A stretch of DNA of 64,000 nucleotides from a virus (lineage: Duplodnaviria; Caudoviricetes), in the IMG/VR virus record IMGVR_UViG_3300050581_000016, positions 1 through 64,000 of that record; one strand, written 5' to 3'. The position numbers and the translations under genes were made by a program. Numbering within the stretch: the stretch's first letter is position 1; each line of letters begins with the position of its first letter. This document shows, piece by piece, positions 36,892 through 45,343 of the stretch. Below the pieces are notes generated by a model that worked only from the letters and a program-made list of their open reading frames with translations, was not told where the DNA came from and ran no database searches.

Positions 36892-38793
36892 TTGGGATTT
36901 GAAACACCGTTTCAAGAGTTCGTGTATCTCCGGTCATACAGCCGGTGGCTCGAAAACGAGCAGCGGCGGGAGACATGGCCGGAAACCGTGGGGCGCTACT
37001 CCGACTTCATGGTGAAGCGCGTGCCCTCAGACCATCACGTTGATTTCCTGGAAGCCTGCACGGCCATCGAGGACTCCCAGGTGATGCCGTCCATGCGTGC
37101 GCTCTGGGCGGCGGGCAAGGCCCTGGAGCGCGAGAACCTGGCGGCCTACAACTGCACCTATACCGTCATCAACAGCCCGAAAGTTTTTGCCGAGATTCTT
37201 TACATCCTTATGAACGGATGCGGCGTGGGATTCAGCGTGGAGCGCCAGTACATCAACCGGCTGCCCCAGGTGCCCGACCGGCTGGAAGAGTCCGATGAAG
37301 AGATCGTGTTCGAGGATTCCAAGCTGGGCTGGGCCGAGGGCTACTACCGCTTCATCCGGGGCCTCTACGCCGGGAAGGTCTACAGGTGCAACCTGGACAA
37401 GATCAGGCCCAGGGGCGCACGGCTCAAGACCTTTGGCGGCAGGGCGAGCGGCCCCGAACCTTTGAGGCAGCTCATTGACTTCACCGGCAAGGTCTTCAAG
37501 CAGGCCGAGGGGCGAAAGTTGAACTCGGTCGAGTGCTACGACATCGCCTGCTACGTCGCAAACATCGTCGTGGTCGGCGGCGTGCGGCGAAGCGCGACCA
37601 TCAGCCTGAGCAACCTGAGCGACCGGAGAATGGCCAACGCCAAGACCGGCGAGTTCTGGGCAAGCCATCCCCAGCGGCAGCTCAGCAACAACTCCGTGGC
37701 CTACACGGAGAAGCCCGACTGCACCACGTTCCTTGAGGAATGGCTGAACCTGGCCAAGAGCAAGTCCGGTGAGCGGGGCATCTTCAACCGGGAGGCGGCC
37801 AAGCTCTGGGCGTCCACCGTGGGGCGCCGCGATCCCGAAGGCGACTACGGGATCAACCCGTGCGGCGAGATTCTCCTGCTCCCCGAAGAGGGCTGCAACC
37901 TGACCGAGGCCGTGGTGAGGCCCGACGACACCCTGGAAATCCTTTCGGCCAAGGTGAGGATGGCCACGATCCTGGGCATGGTGCAGTCCACCCTGACCAA
38001 GTTCGGCTTTGTCGGGAAGGGCTGGAGCAGGAACATGGAGCGCGAGCGCCTCCTGGGCGTCAGCCTGACGGGCCTGCGCGATCACCCCATCCTTGGGCGC
38101 ATGAGCCGACCCCACGAGCTGGAGCGCTGGTTGAGCTACCTCAAGGTGCAGGCCGTCGAAACGGCGAGGGAGTGGTCGGAAGTCCTGGGCGTGAGCATGC
38201 CTGCCGCCGTCACCTGTATCAAGCCGTCAGGCACGGTGAGCACCCTGGTCGGGGCATCGAGCGGCCTGCACCCCAGGCATGCACCGTATTATCTGAGGCG
38301 GGTCAGGGTGAGCAACAACGACCCCATCGCCCAGCTCCTGATGCAGGCCGGGGTTCCGCACTATCCCGAAGTCGGCCAGACCTACGACAACATGACCACG
38401 ACCGTCTTTGAGTTCCCGGTGAAAAGCCCTGAGAACAGCGTGTTCAGGGACAACGTGAGTGCCATCGACCAGCTCGAATACTTCCTGATGGTCAAGAAGC
38501 ACTGGTGCGAGCACAACCCCAGCACGACCATCTACGTCAAGGAGGACGAGTGGTTCGAGGTCGGCAACTGGGTCTACAGGCACTGGGACATGATCTGCGG
38601 CGTGACCTTCCTGCCCTATGACGGCGGCGTCTACCAGCTCGCCCCATACGAAGAGATCACCGAGGAGCAGTACGAGAAGGCCGTGGCGGCGTTCCCCAGC
38701 ATCAACTTTGAAGGGCTGGAGTGGCTGGAGAGCACGGACAACACGGAAGGGGCACGGGAGTTTGCGTGCGTGTCAGGGGCCTGCGAGATATGA
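36892..38793 (+). CDS. nrdJ: Class II (adenosylcobalamin-dependent) ribonucleotide reductase
   Basis: PSMRAL, YNC, GCGVGFSVE, GGVRRSA, INPCGEI, CNL, KPSGT, C-terminal CVSGACE; likely TTG start with GGAGG. Confidence 0.9.
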   Translation: MGFETPFQEFVYLRSYSRWLENEQRRETWPETVGRYSDFMVKRVPSDHHVDFLEACTAIEDSQVMPSMRALWAAGKALERENLAAYNCTYTVINSPKVFAEILYILMNGCGVGFSVERQYINRLPQVPDRLEESDEEIVFEDSKLGWAEGYYRFIRGLYAGKVYRCNLDKIRPRGARLKTFGGRASGPEPLRQLIDFTGKVFKQAEGRKLNSVECYDIACYVANIVVVGGVRRSATISLSNLSDRRMANAKTGEFWASHPQRQLSNNSVAYTEKPDCTTFLEEWLNLAKSKSGERGIFNREAAKLWASTVGRRDPEGDYGINPCGEILLLPEEGCNLTEAVVRPDDTLEILSAKVRMATILGMVQSTLTKFGFVGKGWSRNMERERLLGVSLTGLRDHPILGRMSRPHELERWLSYLKVQAVETAREWSEVLGVSMPAAVTCIKPSGTVSTLVGASSGLHPRHAPYYLRRVRVSNNDPIAQLLMQAGVPHYPEVGQTYDNMTTTVFEFPVKSPENSVFRDNVSAIDQLEYFLMVKKHWCEHNPSTTIYVKEDEWFEVGNWVYRHWDMICGVTFLPYDGGVYQLAPYEEITEEQYEKAVAAFPSINFEGLEWLESTDNTEGAREFACVSGACEI

Positions 38794-38896
38794 CCCCTTG
38801 AAAGAGTGAGGGCGGGAACATCCCGCCCTCGACGGCTAAGAAACAAACCCCAACGACGGGGCATCTGAATGCTAACCCCAAGTGAAAGGGCTGTCA

Positions 38897-40180
38897 ATGC
38901 GGAAGACCTTTGTGCTCGACACCAACGTCCTGCTCCACGACGACGAGGCTCTTTTGGCCTTCGAGGAGAACGACGTCTGCCTGCCCATCACCGTGCTGGA
39001 GGAGCTGGACGGCATCAAGAAAGGCCCTGGCGAGCTGGCGCGGAACGCCCGCCATGTCTCCAAGTTCATTGACCGGCTCAGAAGCCGGGGCAGTCTGGCA
39101 GACGGAGTGCCCCTGGGCGAGGGCCGTGGCAAGCTGCGGATCGCCGCCGAGAACGTGACCTTCAATTTCGCTGGCCTCAAGAACAGCAACGACAACTACA
39201 TCCTGGGTGTGACCCTGCGCCTGGCCGACGAGCAGAAGGCGTGGTCGGCCCCTGGCCGGGAAGTGATCCTGGTCACGAAGGACATCAACCTTCGCATCAA
39301 GGCCGACGTCATGGGCGTCAAGGCCCAGGACTATCTGAACCAGAGGGCGAGCGGCGTGTCCGGTTGCATCAAGGACTACTCCATCGGAAGGGACGTCGTT
39401 GACCGCCTCTACATGGAGCCTGGCTTCGCAATTCGGGCCGAGGACTTCAAAGAGAACGACTGCGTGATAGTGCGGGCGCATGATGACAGCTCAACGGCCA
39501 TGACGCGCTTCCAGCGGGGCGTCCTTCGCCTGGTCAAGCCCAGGTCGGAAATCCAGGGCATCACGCCCAGGAACGCCGAGCAGCGCTTCCTGGTGGAGCT
39601 GCTGACCGACCCCAACCTGGACATGGTGATCGTGAACGGGGTCGCCGGGAGCGGCAAGACGCTTCTCTCCCTGGCGGCTGGCCTGGAGTGGATCGAGAAC
39701 CTCAAAAAGGGGCGCCGCATTCTCATCACCAAGGTCATCGAGGCCGTGGGCAACGACATCGGGTTTCTGCCGGGGAACAAGCTGGAGAAGATGATGGAGT
39801 GGGTCAGGCCCTTCCTCGACAACCTGGAGCTGCTCATGGACGAGGAGTACGCCGATCAGTACATCGAGCGGGGCAGGATCGAGATCGACGCCCTGACCTA
39901 CATGCGGGGCCGGTCATTGATGAACCGCTTTGTCATCATCGACGAAACCCAGAACCTCCCGCCAAAGACGCTGAAGACTCTAGTCAGCCGGATCGCGGAC
40001 GGGAGTAAGCTGGTGATCCTGGGCGACCTCCAGCAGATCGACAACCCCTATCTGGATTCAAGGAACTGCGGGCTGGCCTACGTCATGGACAAGATGGCGG
40101 GCTTGCCCAACGTGGGCGTGCTCAGCATGGCGAAGGGAGAGCGCGGGCGCCTGGCCAGGCTGGCCGTCGAGCGCCTCTAA
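38897..40180 (+). CDS. phoH: PIN-domain PhoH-family ATPase
   Basis: PIN VLDTNV...LEELD...ND...VTKDINLRIKA; GVAGSGKT, YMRGRS, IDETQN, GDLQQID. Confidence 0.9.
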   Translation: MRKTFVLDTNVLLHDDEALLAFEENDVCLPITVLEELDGIKKGPGELARNARHVSKFIDRLRSRGSLADGVPLGEGRGKLRIAAENVTFNFAGLKNSNDNYILGVTLRLADEQKAWSAPGREVILVTKDINLRIKADVMGVKAQDYLNQRASGVSGCIKDYSIGRDVVDRLYMEPGFAIRAEDFKENDCVIVRAHDDSSTAMTRFQRGVLRLVKPRSEIQGITPRNAEQRFLVELLTDPNLDMVIVNGVAGSGKTLLSLAAGLEWIENLKKGRRILITKVIEAVGNDIGFLPGNKLEKMMEWVRPFLDNLELLMDEEYADQYIERGRIEIDALTYMRGRSLMNRFVIIDETQNLPPKTLKTLVSRIADGSKLVILGDLQQIDNPYLDSRNCGLAYVMDKMAGLPNVGVLSMAKGERGRLARLAVERL

Positions 40181-40793
40181 ATTGTATCCGGGTCTGCCAG
40201 CTTTATATTGGCAGACCCGGATACAGGATTGCAGTGGACTAGCTGATGATTTTTGTTGCGATGTTTTTTCATGGCCTGCTTCACGCCATCCATGTTGAAT
40301 TGAAGATCGTAGTTGATAAGCCTTGGCCACATGAGCCCGCTTTGGATTTCGACAACAATGGCCGAGTCGCATTGTGGCCGCAAGACCGCAAATGTGGTTT
40401 GTGCAGGACTGCACTTGAACATCATGTTTCGGAATAATGGCGATGGGACGAAGCGGCTGTCTTCAAGGACGGAGCCCAGATTGACGCTTCCAATGGATAG
40501 GCGGCGATCCCGGTTTGGTTTGTGTGGATTTAATTTGAAGTGAGTGTAGGGGTCGCCGAGCTGGAGCGGGACACCATTTTCAAGCCATTCGTATAGCTCT
40601 TTTTTAGGTTGAAAAAGGTCAAGATTGAAGCTGATGAGGAACGCTTCGTACATTCCAACGATTGCATAGTGGGAGTGGTTGTTTTCAATTGTGATGAAGG
40701 TGTTCCAAAAGAAAATGGACGCTCGGAAATCGTGCAGGCTGATAATTTCCGGGTTGATTACAGAAAATTGGACTGTCTCTAGCCCTGAAGCAT
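40177..40793 (-). pseudogene. AT-rich antisense accessory gene, probably frameshifted 4 codons after its start
   Basis: GAGGAGG RBS and ATG at 40793 read MLQG-stop; one extra G in the GGG run joins it to the long frame ending 40177. No recognisable domain. Confidence 0.45.
40183..40225. terminator. 17-bp perfect inverted repeat, probable bidirectional terminator
   Basis: TGTATCCGGGTCTGCCA / TGGCAGACCCGGATACA between convergent phoH and the accessory gene. Confidence 0.65.
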
Positions 40794-40917
40794 AGTCCGA
40801 TTTCCTCCTCTGTTGTGGTTATTGATTAAAATGATCGTTACCTATACGCCAGCAACATCAAATAGTCAACTGATTTTGATAGGTAAGTGCTTAACTACTT
40901 TGTGAAAGGAGAAAACA

Positions 40918-41562
40918 ATGCACTTGAAAGACACCTTATCTGTTGAATTAATTGGACATACCGACCTCGACGTGGCCATTACGGCCATGCGAAAATGTTG
41001 GGCCTCCGAGGACAAGACCGACACTTGCTGGAGGATTCAGAATGACCAAGTGGTCATGATACTTGGCGATAACGACCGGCGTTTGATCCAGCGGATCATC
41101 GAGAGCGACCATACCAGCACCGTTGAGCATATTGTCTATAATTTCGAGATCAAGGATATAAGCAGGGCTATTCTTCAGGAGCTGGCGCGTCATCGGATTG
41201 CAAGTCTGTCTGTGCAAAGCACGCGATATGCTCTGAAGAAGCTCCTGAACGGGGAGGTGGAGCTGGAAAGCCTCCTGGTTCCGAGCGGCAACGACCACAT
41301 TGACAGGCTCAATATCGAGATGCTGTACCGGCTGCGAAGCGTTGCCAGGAATTTCGATCTCCCAAACGACATCGCCAAGTACGGCATCCCGGAAGCCTTC
41401 AAGACGACGCTTATCTGGACGGCCAACGCACGAAGCCTTCGGAACTTCCTGAAGCTGCGGTCGTCAAAACGGGCGCACCCTGAGATCAGGCGCCTGGCCC
41501 ATGCCGTCTATGGCGCCCTGCCTGAAGATCACCGTCTTATTTTTGACGGCTGCATGAATTAA
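40918..41562 (+). CDS. thyX: FAD-dependent thymidylate synthase
   Basis: HTSTVEH, SRAILQELARHRIASLSVQSTRY, NARSLRNFLKLR, AHPEIR; operators at 40884-40893 and 41560-41569. Confidence 0.95.
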   Translation: MHLKDTLSVELIGHTDLDVAITAMRKCWASEDKTDTCWRIQNDQVVMILGDNDRRLIQRIIESDHTSTVEHIVYNFEIKDISRAILQELARHRIASLSVQSTRYALKKLLNGEVELESLLVPSGNDHIDRLNIEMLYRLRSVARNFDLPNDIAKYGIPEAFKTTLIWTANARSLRNFLKLRSSKRAHPEIRRLAHAVYGALPEDHRLIFDGCMN

Positions 41563-41587
41563 GCACTTAATAGAAAGGAGAGCCAGA

Positions 41588-42223
41588 ATGATGAAGAGCC
41601 ATGATGTCGAGCGATTCCTCAATGAGAACGTCCCGTGCTTCCAGGGTGGAAGCGACCAGAAGCTCAGCGCTGATCTGAGGTTCGAGGAGGGAACCGGCCA
41701 GAAGCTCGAAGTCGATTGGGACTATCAGCACTGTGAACAGCCTCCACCAGCGCCATCCATCAAGGTCAAGGTCAACGGCCTCAATGTGGAGACGCTGGAC
41801 GACATGATCGTGAAGAAGATGCAGGCCGCAACGCACATCAGGGAGGACGCCTCTGAGGAAGAGAAGCGGGCGGCGGTCGAGGTCGGCGGGGCACGGTTCA
41901 ACGAAGGCAAAGTCAGGTTCGACCTCGTGCCGCCTGACGCCCTCTGGGAGCTGGCCAAGGTCTACACCTTCGGGGCCAGGAAGTACAGGGACAGAAACTG
42001 GGAGAAGGGCATGAGTTGGGGCATTTGCTTTGCGGCGGCCATGCGGCACCTGTGGAAGTGGTGGCGGGGCGAGCGGAACGATCCCGAATCGGGCATCCAC
42101 CATCTGGCCCATGCGGCCTGGAACTGCCTGTCTGCCCTGGCCTACGAGCTGCGGGAACAAACCGAGTTCGATGACCGCTACAAGCTGGGCCAGCCCAGGG
42201 GCTTCAGCCTGCCCCACGATTGA
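41588..42223 (+). CDS. DUF5664-type dATP/dGTP diphosphohydrolase
   Basis: RFNEGKVRFDLVP, GARKY..RNWEKG, AAMRHL, DPESGIHHLAHAAWN. Confidence 0.85.
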   Translation: MMKSHDVERFLNENVPCFQGGSDQKLSADLRFEEGTGQKLEVDWDYQHCEQPPPAPSIKVKVNGLNVETLDDMIVKKMQAATHIREDASEEEKRAAVEVGGARFNEGKVRFDLVPPDALWELAKVYTFGARKYRDRNWEKGMSWGICFAAAMRHLWKWWRGERNDPESGIHHLAHAAWNCLSALAYELREQTEFDDRYKLGQPRGFSLPHD

Positions 42224-42280
42224 CACGAAGGCGCCCTTCGGGGCGCCCTTCCTGTTTCATGGCGATGGGTCAAATAGTTC

Positions 42281-42309
42281 TTGCATTCAGTAAGTGCTTA
42301 GTATATGCT
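42281..42309 (+). promoter_or_regulatory. sigma70 promoter TTGCAT-17-TATGCT with operator TAAGTGCTTA (42291-42300)
   Basis: Exact spacing; same architecture as other early promoters. Confidence 0.7.
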
Positions 42310-42351
42310 GGAACCAAGTGCTAAGGAAAAACGCCAACGACGGAGGTTGAC

Positions 42352-43068
42352 ATGAAGTTTGAGAACGAAGCAGTCGAGCGAGTCTACAAGAGGTTTCTGG
42401 CCAGGGACATCGAGGAAGTGAAAACGGGCGGGAACGCCCTGTGCGGCGTCTTCATGGCGGGATACAGCGGCGACCAGGCCCAGACGCCCAGGCGCGACAC
42501 GGTGGCCTACGGGGCCTACATCGCCGGAAAAATGCGCCGGAATCAGGCCAAAGGGGCCAAGAAGCGGGCGCCCAAGAAACCGGCCCTTGATGCGGCCCCT
42601 GATACCGAGCAGCTCAGGGAGGACGCCGTGGCGGTTGCGACCGGGAACACGCCCAGGCCCAAGACCAGGCCCAGCGAACCCAAGGCCATTGACACCCTGG
42701 TCGGGATTGCGACCGGCTTGGTTAAGGTCAAAGACGAGGCGCCCGTGTTCGAGCCGGTGCAGGCCCTGAAGGCCCTGGGCGACGGCGAGTACCAGGAGCT
42801 GCCTCACGAGCGGGCGCTGGCCCACATCAAGGTTGTCAAGAACGAGAAGGTCGCCCAGTTGTTCGGGAACAACAAGAAGAGCTTCGGGGTGTTCTGGGGC
42901 GAGCGGCTCCTTGGGCACATCGAGCTGGCCAAGGGCAATGTGATGTGGACGGTGGTGATGCGGGAAGGCGGCTCAAAGCAGGCCAAGTCACCGGCAGACG
43001 CCATCTACGCGATGATTCAAGGCGGCCTTGAGGCCGCAATCAAGAAGGAGATCGGCGATGACAAGTAA
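42352..43068 (+). CDS. Hypothetical early protein
   Basis: 238-aa ORF with AACGACGGAGG leader. Confidence 0.65.
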   Translation: MKFENEAVERVYKRFLARDIEEVKTGGNALCGVFMAGYSGDQAQTPRRDTVAYGAYIAGKMRRNQAKGAKKRAPKKPALDAAPDTEQLREDAVAVATGNTPRPKTRPSEPKAIDTLVGIATGLVKVKDEAPVFEPVQALKALGDGEYQELPHERALAHIKVVKNEKVAQLFGNNKKSFGVFWGERLLGHIELAKGNVMWTVVMREGGSKQAKSPADAIYAMIQGGLEAAIKKEIGDDK

Positions 43069-43342
43069 CAGCGTGAGACGGTACGGCAAGAAGCCCGACT
43101 ACATCTGCAAGGTCAAAAAGGACTATCCAGGGAGCGGGAGCATCACGACGCTCTACGCCTACTTCAAGCAGGAACGGATACTCTGCGAGCTGGCGGTCTA
43201 TTCCAGCAAGACGGGCGGGCGCCATGTTCCAGGCCGGTGGAAGGAGATGGCGGGCGTCGAGCCCGCCAGGTTCCTTGAGGTGATCGGAAACCACTCGGCT
43301 GACGGCAGCCTCAAGTATGCAGGCACGGTCAGCGACAACTGA
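43058..43342 (+). CDS. Hypothetical protein
   Basis: ATG 43058 with AAGGAG RBS. Confidence 0.55.
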   Translation: MTSNSVRRYGKKPDYICKVKKDYPGSGSITTLYAYFKQERILCELAVYSSKTGGRHVPGRWKEMAGVEPARFLEVIGNHSADGSLKYAGTVSDN

Positions 43343-43422
43343 TCGGTTCTTCGAGCATAATTAAGCACTTAGTAGTTATTTTGCAAATGCCTAAAAAAGT
43401 TTGGAATATTTTCGGCTGGATG

Positions 43423-43431
43423 TGGTATAAT
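43423..43431 (+). promoter_or_regulatory. Extended -10 promoter TGgTATAAT upstream of the ParB/PAPS-reductase cluster
   Basis: TG at 43423-43424, TATAAT at 43426-43431; operator TAAGCACTTA at 43362-43371. Confidence 0.55.
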
Positions 43432-43522
43432 AAGGATGTTTGGATCGAAAGAATGATTCATTGATTCCTCCTCCTCCCTTGGCCGGTGAGCATTCCTCAC
43501 CGGCCATTTCTTTTAAAGGCAA

Positions 43523-44179
43523 ATGATGGCTGACAAGATAAAGATCGAATGGGTTCCAAGACACGAGCTGACGGTCGCTGGGTACAACCCCAGGAAGATG
43601 CAGCCGTCCACCCTGGAGCGCCTCAAGAAAGGCATCAAAGAGTTCGGGATCGTTGACCCGCTCATCATCAACCGAGACGGCACGGTGATCGGAGGCCACC
43701 AGAGGCTCCAGGCTGCCGAAGAGTGCGGCTTCGCCGAGTTTCCCTGTGTGCGCCTTGACCTTGACGCCAAGCGTGAGAAGGCCCTCAACCTGGCCCTGAA
43801 CAAACTGGCGGGAGAGTGGGACTACACGAAGCTGAGCGCACTGCTCCTTGAATTCGAGGGCGAACCAGGTTTCGACATCGAGCTGACCGGCTTTGACGGC
43901 CTTGAGGCCATTGAGATGTCAACCCTGGGCAATGCCGACCTGGGAGGTCTTGGAGTGGCCGGGGGCCTGCCTGACGCGAGCGACCTGGGCAGCCCTATCG
44001 AGGGCGCCGGATCGACCGGCGACTCGAAAACCAAGAAAACGGGCCTTCAATATGTCATCGTCTTCAGCGACGAGGGCGAGCAGCGCGAGTGGCTCGACTA
44101 CCTTGAGAGCCTCAAGGAGCGCTATCCAGACGAGGAAACGGTCAGCGCCCGCATCATTCGGGACATCACAGAGCGATAG
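43523..44179 (+). CDS. ParB/Srx-like N-terminal domain protein (ParB-1)
   Basis: YNPRKM...IKEFGIVDPLIIN...VIGGHQR. Confidence 0.85.
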   Translation: MMADKIKIEWVPRHELTVAGYNPRKMQPSTLERLKKGIKEFGIVDPLIINRDGTVIGGHQRLQAAEECGFAEFPCVRLDLDAKREKALNLALNKLAGEWDYTKLSALLLEFEGEPGFDIELTGFDGLEAIEMSTLGNADLGGLGVAGGLPDASDLGSPIEGAGSTGDSKTKKTGLQYVIVFSDEGEQREWLDYLESLKERYPDEETVSARIIRDITER

Positions 44180-44188
44180 GTGACTCCG

Positions 44189-45343
44189 ATGGCGACAGTC
44201 AGCCGATATTACAAGACGACCAACGTGTTCGAGGAGGCCCTGGAGCGCATCCGGTGGGTCTTCGACGAGTTCAAGAACGTGGTCGTGAACTATTCGGGCG
44301 GGAAGGACAGCACCATTATCCTTGAGATGGCCCTCATGGTCGCCAAGGAGAAGGGCAGGCTTCCACTGCCGGTCTTCTTCATCGACCAGGAGATCGAGTG
44401 GAACACGACCATCGACATGGTGCGCGACGTCATGTACCGGCCAGAAGTCAAGCCCTACTGGCTCCAGGTTCCGTTCAAGATCGAGAACGCAACGTCCTTC
44501 GAGGACGGATGGTTGTACGCCTGGAGGCCGGGAGACGAGTGGATTCGCCCGAAAGACCCCATCGCCATTCATGAGAAGACGTTCCCAGGCGAAGAGTTCC
44601 ATGACCTCTTCGAGGGCTGGGGCAACGCCATGTACGGCGGCACCGACCTGGCGAGGCTCACCGGAGTCCGCGGTGAGGAGTCAAGGAACAGGCTGATGGG
44701 CCTGACCTGCTATGCCTGCTACAAGTGGGTCACTTGGGGAAGGAAGCACTCTGGGCGCGAGAACCACATCTCGTTCTCCCCTATCTATGATTGGTACTAC
44801 ACGGACGTCTGGAAGGCCATTCACGAGCACGGCTGGAAGTACAACGCGCTCTACGACATCCAGTACCAGCGTGGCGTCCCGGTCAGGAACATGCGGGTTT
44901 CAAACCTCCATCACGAAACAGCCGTGAAGTCCCTGGAGATGCTCCAGGAGATCGACCATGACCTCTACAACAAGGTTACGAGGCGGCTCAACGGGATCGA
45001 CGCCTACACCAAGATTTCCGAAATCTTCATCGTCAAGAAGCTGCCGTTCATGTTCGCATCATGGCGGGAGTACCGGGACTTCTTGTTCGAGAAGATCGTG
45101 ACCGATGAGAGCGCCGCTCAGACCTTCCAGAAGCACTGGAAGCCGCTGGAGGACGTGATCGACTTCATTGGCGATCCGCACTTCACCGAAGCGCTCATCA
45201 AGTCCGAGATCAACGCCATGCTGGTCAACGACCGTGCGGGCACGAAGCTCAACAACCTGTCCGGTTGGATCGACGGCGAGAAGAAGAAGGCCGAAGCAAG
45301 AAAGGGCGTCAAGTATGTCGATAGAAAATCACCCCGTACATAA
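44189..45343 (+). CDS. PAPS-reductase-fold adenine nucleotide alpha hydrolase, IbrA/YbdN (DUF3440) type
   Basis: PP-loop YSGGKDS, FIDQEIEW, GVRGEESRNR, SPIYDW...DVW, MRVSNLHHE. Confidence 0.85.
   Translation: MATVSRYYKTTNVFEEALERIRWVFDEFKNVVVNYSGGKDSTIILEMALMVAKEKGRLPLPVFFIDQEIEWNTTIDMVRDVMYRPEVKPYWLQVPFKIENATSFEDGWLYAWRPGDEWIRPKDPIAIHEKTFPGEEFHDLFEGWGNAMYGGTDLARLTGVRGEESRNRLMGLTCYACYKWVTWGRKHSGRENHISFSPIYDWYYTDVWKAIHEHGWKYNALYDIQYQRGVPVRNMRVSNLHHETAVKSLEMLQEIDHDLYNKVTRRLNGIDAYTKISEIFIVKKLPFMFASWREYRDFLFEKIVTDESAAQTFQKHWKPLEDVIDFIGDPHFTEALIKSEINAMLVNDRAGTKLNNLSGWIDGEKKKAEARKGVKYVDRKSPRT

Noticed and set aside
41588-42223. 2-aminoadenine (Z) genome inferred from DUF5664
   Set aside because: No purZ or datZ recognisable in the window; DUF5664 alone is not diagnostic.
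44189-45343. cysH sulphur-assimilation auxiliary gene
   Set aside because: Motifs and the IbrB partner fit the IbrA/YbdN type; the C-terminal ECGLH redox motif of CysH is absent.
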